IMG/VR virus record: IMGVR_UViG_2711768005_000002
From: a virus
Lineage: Duplodnaviria; Heunggongvirae; Uroviricota; Caudoviricetes
DNA length: 25,451 nucleotides
Strand: one strand, 5' to 3'
Shown: one piece after another, positions 1-11,706 of the stretch
Layout: each line of letters opens with the position of its first letter
Position numbering within the stretch: position 1 is the first letter of the stretch
Notes under the pieces: generated by a model
What the model saw: only the letters and a program-made list of their open reading frames with translations
The model's database searches: none
What the model was told of the DNA's origin: nothing
Translations under genes and position numbers: made by a program

Positions 1-257
1 GGTTATCGCTCGCCACGGGAATATCTGCGGCAGCGGGCTTGTAATGGGTTAAGTGATAACAGATGTCTGGAAATATAGGGGCAAATCCAATCGTCGCCGT
101 ATTCCCGTATTAACAGAGACCGTAGCCCGACGGGGAACTCCTTCTGCGCGAGTGTGCGGGAATAATCAAAAACGATGCACACCGGGGTTACCGGGTACAC
201 ATATTTCATCATGCCAGCGAGTCCGGTTCTGGCACGGAAGAAACCGGACGTTATGAT

Positions 258-668
258 TTAGTGCGGAAATATTTGTGTAGTGTTCTGTATGTTCTCAGTA
301 AAGAGTAATGAATTATCAAAGGTATAGTAATACCTTTTGTTTTCGTGGATATTTGTAATCCATCTGAAAACCCCTGCTGTAGCAAGATTTTTCCTGTATT
401 CGTAAAATGATAACTCTCCTGATTTGAATCCTTTTAAGGTGGCTTCTATAAGGCATTTATTTTTTGAAAATCTTACATTTACAACCTTACCCTGTCCTTT
501 TATTAAAACCGTATTATCGTTTTCAAGAACAAGATGAATATTCTCTGTGGCTAAATAGTAAATGTAATGTGAGACATTGTGACGTTTTAGTTCAGAATAA
601 AACCAGTGATAGTTTAAATTATTTCGCACTTTATCGAATATTTGTTTAAAAATGGCAACCTGAGCCAT
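258..668 (-). CDS. hypothetical protein, about 136 aa from the internal ATG (141 aa if the first ATG at 683 is used); low-GC moron-like gene
   Basis: 141-codon open frame in roughly 30-35% GC DNA, where stop codons are frequent by chance. GAAGG Shine-Dalgarno-like motif 6-11 nt upstream of the ATG at 668. Sits directly downstream of, and on the same strand as, the 726-959 gene. No catalytic motif or hydrophobic segment recognised. Confidence 0.5.
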   Translation of the reverse strand: MAQVAIFKQIFDKVRNNLNYHWFYSELKRHNVSHYIYYLATENIHLVLENDNTVLIKGQGKVVNVRFSKNKCLIEATLKGFKSGELSFYEYRKNLATAGVFRWITNIHENKRYYYTFDNSLLFTENIQNTTQIFPH

Positions 669-725
669 TGTAGTACCTTCCATGTGATATGAGGGGGCGT
701 AGTCTGCACGATTATCTAAATTGCT

Positions 726-959
726 TCAATCTGGTCTAACCTGTTTTCTGAGCAATTCAGTAATGTCACTCTTTTCTTTGTTTGCTTCAGGCGAAACTCT
801 TTTTTCTGAGCACAGTCTCCGGCGGCAGGCTTCAATGACCCAGGCTGAGAAATTCCCGGACCCTTTTTGAACAAGAGCGATGTTAATTTGTTCAATCATT
901 TGGTTAGGAAAGCGGATGTTGCGGGTTGTTGTTCTGCGGGTTCTGTTCTTCGTTGACAT
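726..959 (-). CDS. small basic DNA-binding protein, probable ribbon-helix-helix (Arc/MetJ/CopG-like) regulator, 77 aa
   Basis: N-terminus MSTKNRTRRTTTRNIRFPNQMIEQINIALVQKGSGNFSAWVIEACRRRL has the basic beta-strand followed by two short helices typical of RHH proteins. Fold assignment is by eye only. Confidence 0.5.
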   Translation of the reverse strand: MSTKNRTRRTTTRNIRFPNQMIEQINIALVQKGSGNFSAWVIEACRRRLCSEKRVSPEANKEKSDITELLRKQVRPD

Positions 960-1128
960 GAGGTTGCCCTGTATTCAGTGTCGCTGATTTGTATTGTCTG
1001 AAGTTGTTTTTACGTTAAGTTGATGCAGATCAATTAATACGATACCTGCGTCATAATTGATTATTTGACGTGGTTTGATGGCGTAGATGCACGTTGTGAC
1101 ATGTAGATGATAATTATTATCATTTTGC

Positions 1129-1176
1129 GGGTCCTTTCCGGCGATCCGACAGGTTACGGGGCGGAAGGCGCGCGGG
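1129..1176 (+). promoter_or_regulatory. cos: cos site: cosQ-like segment and cosN terminase nicking region; cohesive-end equivalent at 1159-1170
   Basis: Sequence ...GGGTCCTTTCCGGCGATCCGACAGGTTACG / GGGCGGAAGGCG / CGCGGGTTTTCGCTATTTATGA matches the lambda right-end/left-end junction, except the 12-nt overhang position reads GGGCGGAAGGCG where lambda has GGGCGGCGACCT. Confidence 0.8.
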
Positions 1177-1345
1177 TTTTCGCTATTTATGACAATTTTC
1201 CGGTTTAAGGCGTTTCCGTTCTTCTTCGCCGTAACCTAATGTTTTTATTTAAAACACCCCCTGAAAAGAAAGGAAACGACAGGTGCTGAAAACGGGCTTT
1301 TTGGCCTCTGTCGTTTCCTTTCTCTGTTTTTGTCCGTGGAATGAA
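1177..1345 (+). promoter_or_regulatory. cosB: cosB region (Nu1-binding R elements and IHF site) between cosN and nu1
   Basis: Position and near-identity to the lambda left-end leader (CGCGGGTTTTCGCTATTTATGA...AAAGAAAGGAAACGACAGGTGCTGAAA...) immediately upstream of nu1. Individual R sites not delimited. Confidence 0.7.
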
Positions 1346-1347
1346 CA

Positions 1348-1867
1348 ATGGAAGTCAACAAAAAGCAGCTGGCTGACATTTTCGGTGCGAGTATCCGTAC
1401 CATTCAGAACTGGCAGGAACAGGGAATGCCCGTTCTGCGAGGCGGTGGCAAGGGTAATGAGGTGCTTTATGACTCTGCCGCCGTTATAAGATGGTATGCC
1501 GAAAGGGATGCTGAAATTGAGAACGAAAAGCTGCGCCGGGAAGTTGAAGAACTGCGGCAGGCCAGCGAGACAGATCTCCAGCCAGGGACTATTGAGTACG
1601 AACGCCATCGACTTACGCGTGCGCAGGCCGACGCACAGGAGCTGAAAAATGCCAGAGACTCCGCTGAAGTGGTGGAAACCGCATTCTGTACTTTCGTGCT
1701 GTCGCGGATCGCAGGTGAAATTGCCAGTATTCTCGACGGGATCCCCCTGTCGGTGCAGCGGCGTTTTCCGGAACTGGAAAACCGACATGTTGATTTCCTG
1801 AAACGGGATATCATCAAAGCCATGAACAAAGCAGCCGCGCTGGATGAACTGATACCGGGGTTGCTGA

Positions 1868-1893
<26 letters not shown>
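1348..1893 (+). CDS. nu1: terminase small subunit
   Basis: 181 aa; MEVNKKQLADIFGASIRTIQNWQEQGMPVLRGGGKGNEVLYD matches lambda Nu1 (N-terminal winged helix-turn-helix). Confidence 0.95.
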
Positions 1894-5574
<3,681 letters not shown>

Positions 5575-5594
<20 letters not shown>

Positions 5595-6894
5595 TCTCCC
5601 GCATATTGCCAGCATGGCTTTTAATGAGCCGCTGATGCTTGAACCCGCCTATGCGCGGGTTTTCTTTTGTGCGCTTGCAGGCCAGCTTGGGATCAGCTGC
5701 CTGACGGATGCAGTATCCGGCGACAGCCTGACTGCCGGAGAGGCACCCGCGGCGCTGGCGTTATCCGGTGATGATGACGGACCACGACAGGCCCGCAGTT
5801 ATCAGGTAATGAACGGCATCGCCGTGCTGCCGGTGTCCGGCACGCTGGTCAGCCGGACGCGGGCGCTGCAGCCGTACTCGGGGATGACCGGTTACAACGG
5901 CATTATCGCCCGTCTGCAACAGGCTGCCAGCGACCCGATGGTGGACGGCATTCTGCTCGATATGGACACACCGGGCGGAATGGTGGCGGGAGCATTTGAC
6001 TGCGCTGACATCATCGCCCGTGTGCGTGACATAAAGCCGGTATGGGCGCTGGCCAATGACATGAACTGCAGCGCAGGTCAGCTGCTTGCCAGTGCCGCCT
6101 CCCGGCGTCTGGTCACGCAGACCGCCCGGACAGGCTCCATCGGCGTCATGATGGCTCACAGTAATTACGGCGCTGCACTGGAGAAACAGGGCGTGGAAAT
6201 CACGCTGATTTACAGCGGCAGCCATAAGGTGGATGGCAACCCCTACAGCCATCTACCGGATGATGTCCGGGAAACATTGCAGTCCCGGATGGATGCAACC
6301 CGCCGGATGTTTGCACAGAAGGTGTCGGCATATACCGGCCTGTCCGTGCAGGCTGTGCTGGATACCGAGGCTGCAGTGTACAGCGGTCAGGAGGCCATTG
6401 ATGCCGGACTGGCTGATGAACTTGTTAACAGTACCGATGCGATCACCGTCATGCGTGATGCACTGGATGCACGTAAATCCCGTCTCTCAGGAGGGCGAAT
6501 GACCAAAGAGACTCAATCAACAACTGTTTCAGCCACTGCTTCGCAGGCTGACGTTACTGGCGTGGTGCAAGCGACGGAGGGCGAGAACGCCAGCGCGGCG
6601 CAGCCGGACGTGAACGCGCAGATCACCGCAGCGGTTGCGGCAGAAAACAGTCGCATTATGGGGATCCTCAACTGTGAGGAGGCTCACGGACGCGAAGAAC
6701 AGGCACGCGTGCTGGCCGAAACCCCCGGTATGACCGTGGAAACGGCCCGCCGTATTCTGGCCGCAGCACCACAGAGTGCACAGACGCGCAGTGACACTGC
6801 GCTGGATCGTCTGATGCAGGGGGCACCGGCACCGCTGGCTGCAGGTAACCCGGCATCTGATGCCGTTAACGATTTGCTGAACACACCAGTGTAA
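5575..6894 (+). CDS. C: head maturation protease / scaffold (ClpP/S49-like) gpC
   Basis: GTG at 5575 in frame with ORF 5440-6894, giving 439 aa like lambda gpC (TAELRNLPHIASMAFNEPLMLEPAYARVFF...); overlaps B by 20 nt as in lambda; SD AGGAGGAG at 5562-5569. Confidence 0.9.
6289..6894 (+). CDS. nu3: scaffolding protein Nu3, in-frame internal start within C
   Basis: ATG at 6289 (MDATRRMFAQKV...) in the C frame, sharing the C stop; matches the lambda C/Nu3 nested arrangement. Confidence 0.8.
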   Translation: MDATRRMFAQKVSAYTGLSVQAVLDTEAAVYSGQEAIDAGLADELVNSTDAITVMRDALDARKSRLSGGRMTKETQSTTVSATASQADVTGVVQATEGENASAAQPDVNAQITAAVAAENSRIMGILNCEEAHGREEQARVLAETPGMTVETARRILAAAPQSAQTRSDTALDRLMQGAPAPLAAGNPASDAVNDLLNTPV

Positions 6895-6903
6895 GGGATG
6901 TTT

Positions 6904-7236
6904 ATGACGAGCAAAGAAACCTTTACCCATTACCAGCCGCTGGGCAATAGTGACCCGGCTCATACCGCAACCGCGCCCGGCGGATTGAGTGCGAAAGCGC
7001 CTGCAATGACCCCGCTGATGCTGGACACCTCCACCCGTAAGCTGGTTGCGTGGGATGGCACCACCGACGGTGCTGCCGTTGGCATTCTTGCGGTTGCTGC
7101 TGACCAGACCAGCACCACACTGACGTTCTACAAGTCCGGCACGTTCCGTTATGAGGATGTGCTCTGGCCGGAGGCTGCCAGCGACGAGACGAAAAAACGG
7201 ACCGTGTTTGCCGGAACGGCAATCAGCATCGTTTAA
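6904..7236 (+). CDS. D: head decoration protein
   Basis: 110 aa, [41 protein letters not shown]... = lambda gpD; ATG at 6904 chosen over the upstream ATG at 6898 by lambda homology. Confidence 0.95.
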   Translation: MTSKETFTHYQPLGNSDPAHTATAPGGLSAKAPAMTPLMLDTSTRKLVAWDGTTDGAAVGILAVAADQTSTTLTFYKSGTFRYEDVLWPEAASDETKKRTVFAGTAISIV

Positions 7237-7291
7237 CTTTACCCTTCATCACTAAAGGCCGCCTGTGTGGCTTTTTTTACGGGATTTTTTT

Positions 7292-8317
7292 ATGTCGATG
7301 TACACAACCGCCCAGCTGCTGGCGGCAAATGAGCAGAAATTTAAGTTTGATCCGCTGTTTCTGCGTCTCTTTTTCCGTGAGAGCTATCCCTTCACTACGG
7401 AGAAAGTCTATCTCTCACAAATTCCGGGACTGGTAAACATGGCGCTGTACGTTTCGCCGATTGTTTCCGGTGAGGTTATCCGTTCCCGTGGCGGCTCCAC
7501 CTCTGAATTTACGCCGGGATATGTCAAACCCAAGCATGAGGTGAATCCGCAGATGACCCTGCGTCGCCTGCCGGATGAAGATCCGCAGAATCTGGCGGAC
7601 CCGGCTTACCGCCGCCGTCGCATCATCATGCAGAACATGCGTGACGAAGAGCTGGCCATTGCTCAGGTCGAAGAGATGCAGGCAGTTTCTGCCGTGCTCA
7701 AGGGCAAATACACCATGACCGGTGAAGCCTTCGATCCGGTTGAGGTGGATATGGGCCGCAGTGCGGCGAACAACATCACACAGTCCGGCGTCACGGAGTG
7801 GAGCAAGCGTGACAAGTCCACGTATGACCCGACCGACGATATCGAAGCCTACGCGCTGAACGCCAGCGGTGTGGTGAATATCATCGTGTTTGACCCGAAA
7901 GGCTGGGCGCTGTTCCGTTCCTTCAAAGCCGTCAAGGAGAAGCTGGATACCCGTCGCGGCTCTCATTCCGAGCTGGAGACAGCGGTAAAAGACCTGGGCA
8001 AAGCGGTGTCCTATAAGGGAATGTATGGCGATGTGGCCATCGTCGTGTATTCCGGACAGTACGTGGAAAACGGCGTCAAAAAGAACTTCCTGCCGGACAA
8101 CACGATGGTGCTGGGGAACACTCAGGCTCGCGGTCTGCGCACCTATGGCTGCATTCAGGATGCGGACGCACAGCGCGAAGGCATTAACGCTTCTGCCCGT
8201 TACCCGAAAAACTGGGTGACCACCGGCGATCCGGCGCGTGAGTTCACCATGATTCAGTCAGCACCGCTGATGCTGCTGGCTGATCCTGATGAGTTCGTGT
8301 CCGTTCAACTGGCGTAA
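7292..8317 (+). CDS. E: major capsid protein
   Basis: 341 aa, MSMYTTAQLLAANEQKFKFDPLFLRLFFRESYPFTTEKVYLSQIPGLVNMALYVSPIVSGEVIRSRGG... = lambda gpE; the ORF-track 5' extension (from 7265) is rejected. Confidence 0.95.
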   Translation: MSMYTTAQLLAANEQKFKFDPLFLRLFFRESYPFTTEKVYLSQIPGLVNMALYVSPIVSGEVIRSRGGSTSEFTPGYVKPKHEVNPQMTLRRLPDEDPQNLADPAYRRRRIIMQNMRDEELAIAQVEEMQAVSAVLKGKYTMTGEAFDPVEVDMGRSAANNITQSGVTEWSKRDKSTYDPTDDIEAYALNASGVVNIIVFDPKGWALFRSFKAVKEKLDTRRGSHSELETAVKDLGKAVSYKGMYGDVAIVVYSGQYVENGVKKNFLPDNTMVLGNTQARGLRTYGCIQDADAQREGINASARYPKNWVTTGDPAREFTMIQSAPLMLLADPDEFVSVQLA

Positions 8318-8319
8318 TC

Positions 8320-8346
8320 ATGGCCCTTCGGGGCCATTTTCTCTCT
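8320..8346 (+). terminator. intrinsic terminator-like hairpin downstream of E
   Basis: ATGGCCC-TTCG-GGGCCAT, a 7-bp stem with a UUCG-type tetraloop, followed by TTTCTCTCT; 3 nt after the E stop. Probably partial or attenuating, since FI-H are co-transcribed. Confidence 0.5.
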
Positions 8347-8358
8347 GTGGAGGAGTTC

Positions 8359-8757
8359 ATGACGAAAGATGAACTGATTGCCCGTCTTCAGGAGCTGGGT
8401 GAGCAATTGAACCGCGATGTCAGTTTGACGGGAACGAAAGAAGAACTGGCGCTTCGTGTGGCAGAGCTGGAAGAAGAGCTTGATGACACGGATGAAACTG
8501 CCGGTCAGGACACCCCTCTCAGCCGGGAAAATGTGCTGACCGGGCATGAAAATGAGGTGGTATCAGCGCAGCCGGATACCGTGATTCAGGATACGGCTGA
8601 ACTGGTCACGGTCGTGGCACTGGTGACGCTGCATACTGATGCACTTCACGCCACGCGGGATAAACCTGTGGCATTTGTGCTGCCGGGAACGGCGTTTCGT
8701 GTCTCTGCCGGTGTGGCAGCCGAAATGACAGAGCGCGGCCTGGCCAGAATGCAATAA
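8359..8757 (+). CDS. FI: DNA packaging / head assembly protein FI
   Basis: 132 aa from ATG 8359 (MTKDELIARLQELGEQLNRDVSLTGTKEELALRVAELEEELDDTDE...) = lambda FI; GGAGG SD at 8350-8354. Confidence 0.9.
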   Translation: MTKDELIARLQELGEQLNRDVSLTGTKEELALRVAELEEELDDTDETAGQDTPLSRENVLTGHENEVVSAQPDTVIQDTAELVTVVALVTLHTDALHATRDKPVAFVLPGTAFRVSAGVAAEMTERGLARMQ

Positions 8758-8768
8758 CGGGAGGCGCT

Positions 8769-9122
8769 GTGGCTGATTTCGATAACCTGTTCGATGCTGC
8801 CATTGCCCGCGCCGATGAAACGATACGCGGGTACATGGGAACGTCAGCCACCATGACATCCGGTGAGCAGTCAGGTGCGGTGATACGTGGTGTTTTTGAT
8901 GACCCTGAAAATATCAGCTATGCCGGACAGGGCGTGCGCGTTGAAGGCTCCAGCCCGTCCCTGTTTGTCCGGACTGATGAGGTGCGGCAGCTGCGGCGTG
9001 GAGACACGCTGACCATCGGTGAGGAAAATTTCTGGGTAGATCGGGTTTCGCCGGATGATGGCGGAAGTTGTCATCTCTGGCTTGGACGGGGCGTACCGCC
9101 TGCCGTTAACCGTCGCCGCTGA
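8769..9122 (+). CDS. FII: head-tail connector / head completion protein FII
   Basis: 117 aa, GTG start, MADFDNLFDAAIARADETIRGYMGTSATMTSGEQSGAVIRGVFDDPENISYAGQGVRVEG... = lambda FII. Confidence 0.9.
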   Translation: MADFDNLFDAAIARADETIRGYMGTSATMTSGEQSGAVIRGVFDDPENISYAGQGVRVEGSSPSLFVRTDEVRQLRRGDTLTIGEENFWVDRVSPDDGGSCHLWLGRGVPPAVNRRR

Positions 9123-9133
9123 AAGGGGGATGT

Positions 9134-9712
9134 ATGGCCATAAAAGGTCTTGAGCAGGCCGTTGAAAACCTCAGCCGTATCAGCAAAACGGCGGTGCCCG
9201 GTGCCGCCGCAATGGCCATTAACCGCGTTGCTTCATCCGCGATATCGCAGTCTGCGTCACAGGTTGCCCGTGAGACAAAGGTACGCCGGAAACTGGTAAA
9301 GGAAAGGGCCAGGCTGAAAAGGGCCACGGTCAAAAATCCGCAGGCCAGAATCAAAGTTAACCGGGGGGATTTGCCCGTAATCAAGCTGGGTAATGCGCGG
9401 GTTGTCCTGTCCCGCCGCAGGCGTCATAAAAAGGGGCAGCGTTCATCCCTGAAAGGTGGCGGCAGCGTGCTTGTGGTGGGTAACCGTCGTATTCCCGGCG
9501 CGTTTATTCAGCAACTGAAAAACGGCCGGTGGCATGTTATGCAGCGTGTGGCCGGGAAAAACCGTTACCCCATTGATGTGGTGAAAATCCCGATGGCGGT
9601 GCCGCTGACCACGGCGTTTAAACAGAATATTGAACGGATACGGCGTGAACGTCTTCCGAAAGAGCTGGGCTATGCGCTGCAGCATCAACTGAGAATGGTA
9701 ATAAAGCGATGA
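9134..9712 (+). CDS. Z: tail completion protein Z
   Basis: 192 aa, MAIKGLEQAVENLSRISKTAVPGAAAMAINRVASSAISQSASQVARETKVRRKL... = lambda gpZ. Confidence 0.9.
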   Translation: MAIKGLEQAVENLSRISKTAVPGAAAMAINRVASSAISQSASQVARETKVRRKLVKERARLKRATVKNPQARIKVNRGDLPVIKLGNARVVLSRRRRHKKGQRSSLKGGGSVLVVGNRRIPGAFIQQLKNGRWHVMQRVAGKNRYPIDVVKIPMAVPLTTAFKQNIERIRRERLPKELGYALQHQLRMVIKR

Positions 9713-10104
9713 AACATACTGAACTCCGTGCAGCCGTACTGGATGCACTGGAGAAGCATGACACCGGGGCGACGCTTTTTGATGGTCGCCCCGCTGTTTT
9801 TGATGAGGAAGATTTTCCGGCAATTGCCGTTTATCTCACCGGCGCTGAATACACGGGCGAAGAGCTGGACAGCGATACCTGGCAGGCGGAGCTGCATATT
9901 GAAGTTTTCCTGCCTGCTCAGGTGCCGGATTCAGAGCTGGATTCGTGGATGGAGTCCCGGATTTATCCTGTGATGAGCGATATCCCGGCACTGTCAGATT
10001 TGATCACCAGTATGGTGGCCAGCGGCTATGACTACCGGCGCGACGATGATGCGGGCCTGTGGAGTTCAGCCGATCTGACTTATGTCATTATCTATGAAAT
10101 GTGA
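9709..10104 (+). CDS. U: tail terminator protein U
   Basis: 131 aa, [68 protein letters not shown]... = lambda gpU; ATGA overlap with Z. Confidence 0.9.
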   Translation: MKHTELRAAVLDALEKHDTGATLFDGRPAVFDEEDFPAIAVYLTGAEYTGEELDSDTWQAELHIEVFLPAQVPDSELDSWMESRIYPVMSDIPALSDLITSMVASGYDYRRDDDAGLWSSADLTYVIIYEM

Positions 10105-10111
10105 GGACGCT

Positions 10112-10852
10112 ATGCCTGTACCAAATCCTACAATGCCGGTGAAAGGTGCCGGGACCACCCTGTGGGTTTATAAGGGGAGCGGTGACCCTTATGCGAACCC
10201 GCTTTCAGACGTTGACTGGTCGCGTCTGGCAAAAGTTAAAGACCTGACGCCCGGCGAACTGACCGCTGAGTCCTATGACGACAGCTATCTCGATGATGAA
10301 GATGCAGACTGGACTGCGACCGGGCAGGGGCAGAAATCTGCCGGAGATACCAGCTTCACGCTGGCGTGGATGCCCGGAGAGCAGGGGCAGCAGGCGCTGC
10401 TGGCGTGGTTTAATGAAGGTGATACCCGTGCCTATAAAATCCGCTTCCCGAACGGCACGGTCGATGTGTTCCGTGGCTGGGTCAGCAGTATCGGTAAGGC
10501 GGTGACGGCGAAGGAGGTGATTACCCGCACGGTGAAGGTCACCAATGTGGGACGTCCGTCGATGGCAGAAGATCGCAGCACGGTGACGGCGACGACCGGC
10601 ATGACGGTGACACCCGCCAGTGCTTCCGTAGTGAAAGGGCAGAGCACCACGCTGACCGTGGCATTCCAGCCGGATGGCGCAACCGACAAGAGCTTCCGTG
10701 CGGTGTCTGCGGATAAAACAAAAGCCACCGTGTCGGTCAGTGGTATGACCATCACCGTGAAAGGTGTTGCTGCAGGCAAGGTCAACATTCCGGTCGTATC
10801 TGGTAATGGTGAGTTTGCTGCGGTTGCAGAAATCAACGTCACCGCCAGTTAA
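10112..10852 (+). CDS. V: major tail tube protein V (with C-terminal Ig-like domain)
   Basis: 246 aa from ATG 10112 ([57 protein letters not shown]...) = lambda gpV. Confidence 0.95.
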   Translation: MPVPNPTMPVKGAGTTLWVYKGSGDPYANPLSDVDWSRLAKVKDLTPGELTAESYDDSYLDDEDADWTATGQGQKSAGDTSFTLAWMPGEQGQQALLAWFNEGDTRAYKIRFPNGTVDVFRGWVSSIGKAVTAKEVITRTVKVTNVGRPSMAEDRSTVTATTGMTVTPASASVVKGQSTTLTVAFQPDGATDKSFRAVSADKTKATVSVSGMTITVKGVAAGKVNIPVVSGNGEFAAVAEINVTAS

Positions 10853-10867
10853 TCCGGAGAGTCAGCG

Positions 10868-11290
10868 ATGTTCCTGAAAACCGAATCATTTGAACATAAC
10901 GGTGTGACCGTCACGCTTTCTGAACTGTCAGCCCTGCAGCGTATTGAGCATCTCGACCTGATGAAACGGCAGGCAGAACAGGCGGAGTCAGACAGCAACC
11001 GGAAGTTTACTGTGGAAGACGCCATCAGAACCGGCGCTTTTGTGGTTGCGATGTCCCTGTGGCATAACCATCCGAAGAAGACGCAGATGCCGTCCATGAA
11101 TGAAGCCGTTAAACAGATTGAGCAGGAAGTGCTTACCACCTGGCCCACAGAGGCAATTTCTCATGCTGAAAACGTGGTGTACCGGCTGTCCGGTATGTAT
11201 GAGTTTGTGGTGAATGATGCTCCTGAACAGGCAGAGGACGCCGGGCCTGCAGAGCCTGTTTCTGCGGGAAAGTGTTCGACGGTGAGCTGA
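10868..11290 (+). CDS. G: tail assembly chaperone G
   Basis: 140 aa, MFLKTESFEHNGVTVTLSELSALQRIEHLDLMKRQAEQAESDSNRKFTVEDAIRTGAF... = lambda gpG; GGAGA SD at 10856-10860. Confidence 0.9.
   Translation: MFLKTESFEHNGVTVTLSELSALQRIEHLDLMKRQAEQAESDSNRKFTVEDAIRTGAFVVAMSLWHNHPKKTQMPSMNEAVKQIEQEVLTTWPTEAISHAENVVYRLSGMYEFVVNDAPEQAEDAGPAEPVSAGKCSTVS
11266..11272 (+). promoter_or_regulatory. programmed -1 ribosomal frameshift slippery heptamer G GGA AAG (G to G-T)
   Basis: GGGAAAG at 11266-11272, 18 nt before the G stop; the -1 frame downstream is open to 11706 and encodes the lambda T sequence. Confidence 0.85.
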
Positions 11291-11706
11291 GTTTTGCCCT
11301 GAAACTGGCGCGTGAGATGGGGCGACCCGACTGGCGCGCCATGCTTGCCGGGATGTCATCCACGGAGTATGCCGACTGGCACCGCTTTTACAGTACCCAT
11401 TATTTTCATGATGTTCTGCTGGATATGCACTTTTCCGGGCTGACGTACACCGTGCTCAGCCTGTTTTTCAGCGATCCGGAGATGCATCCGCTGGATTTCA
11501 GTCTGCTGAACCGGCGCGAGGCTGACGAAGAGCCTGAAGATGATGTGCTGATGCAGAAAGCGGCAGGGCTTGCCGGAGGTGTCCGCTTTGGCCCGGACGG
11601 GAATGAAGTTATCCCCGCTTCCCCGGATGTGGCGGACATGACGGAGGATGACGTAATGCTGATGACAGTATCAGAAGGGATCGCAGGAGGAGTCCGGTAT
11701 GGCTGA
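11272..11706 (+). CDS. T: T segment of the tail assembly chaperone G-T fusion (expressed only by -1 frameshift from G)
   Basis: -1 frame ORF ...LSFALKLAREMGRPDWRAMLAGMSSTEYADWHRFYSTHYFHDVLLDMHFSGLTYTVLSLFFSDPEMHPLDFSLLNRREADEEPEDD... matches lambda gpT; no independent start expected. Confidence 0.85.
   Translation: MFDGELSFALKLAREMGRPDWRAMLAGMSSTEYADWHRFYSTHYFHDVLLDMHFSGLTYTVLSLFFSDPEMHPLDFSLLNRREADEEPEDDVLMQKAAGLAGGVRFGPDGNEVIPASPDVADMTEDDVMLMTVSEGIAGGVRYG

Noticed and set aside
3-256. Overlapping ORFs 3-212 (minus, 69 aa) and 53-256 (plus, 67 aa) at the left edge
   Set aside because: No ribosome-binding site for either, mutually exclusive, Arg/Cys-rich improbable composition and no recognisable similarity; more likely non-coding or a decayed remnant. 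Left uncalled.
464-649. Plus-strand 61-aa ORF inside the low-GC region
   Set aside because: Antisense to the much longer minus-strand frame 258-683; AT-rich chance ORF.
7265-7291. 5' extensions of the E and FI ORFs (E from 7265; FI from 8320)
   Set aside because: The lambda N-termini start at 7292 (MSMYT) and 8359 (MTKDE); the FI extension runs through the terminator hairpin.
7237-7291. Hairpin-like AAAGGCC...GGCTTTTTTT between D and E as a terminator
   Set aside because: Stem is weak (needs a G-U pair and uses the T-run itself), and D and E must be co-transcribed.
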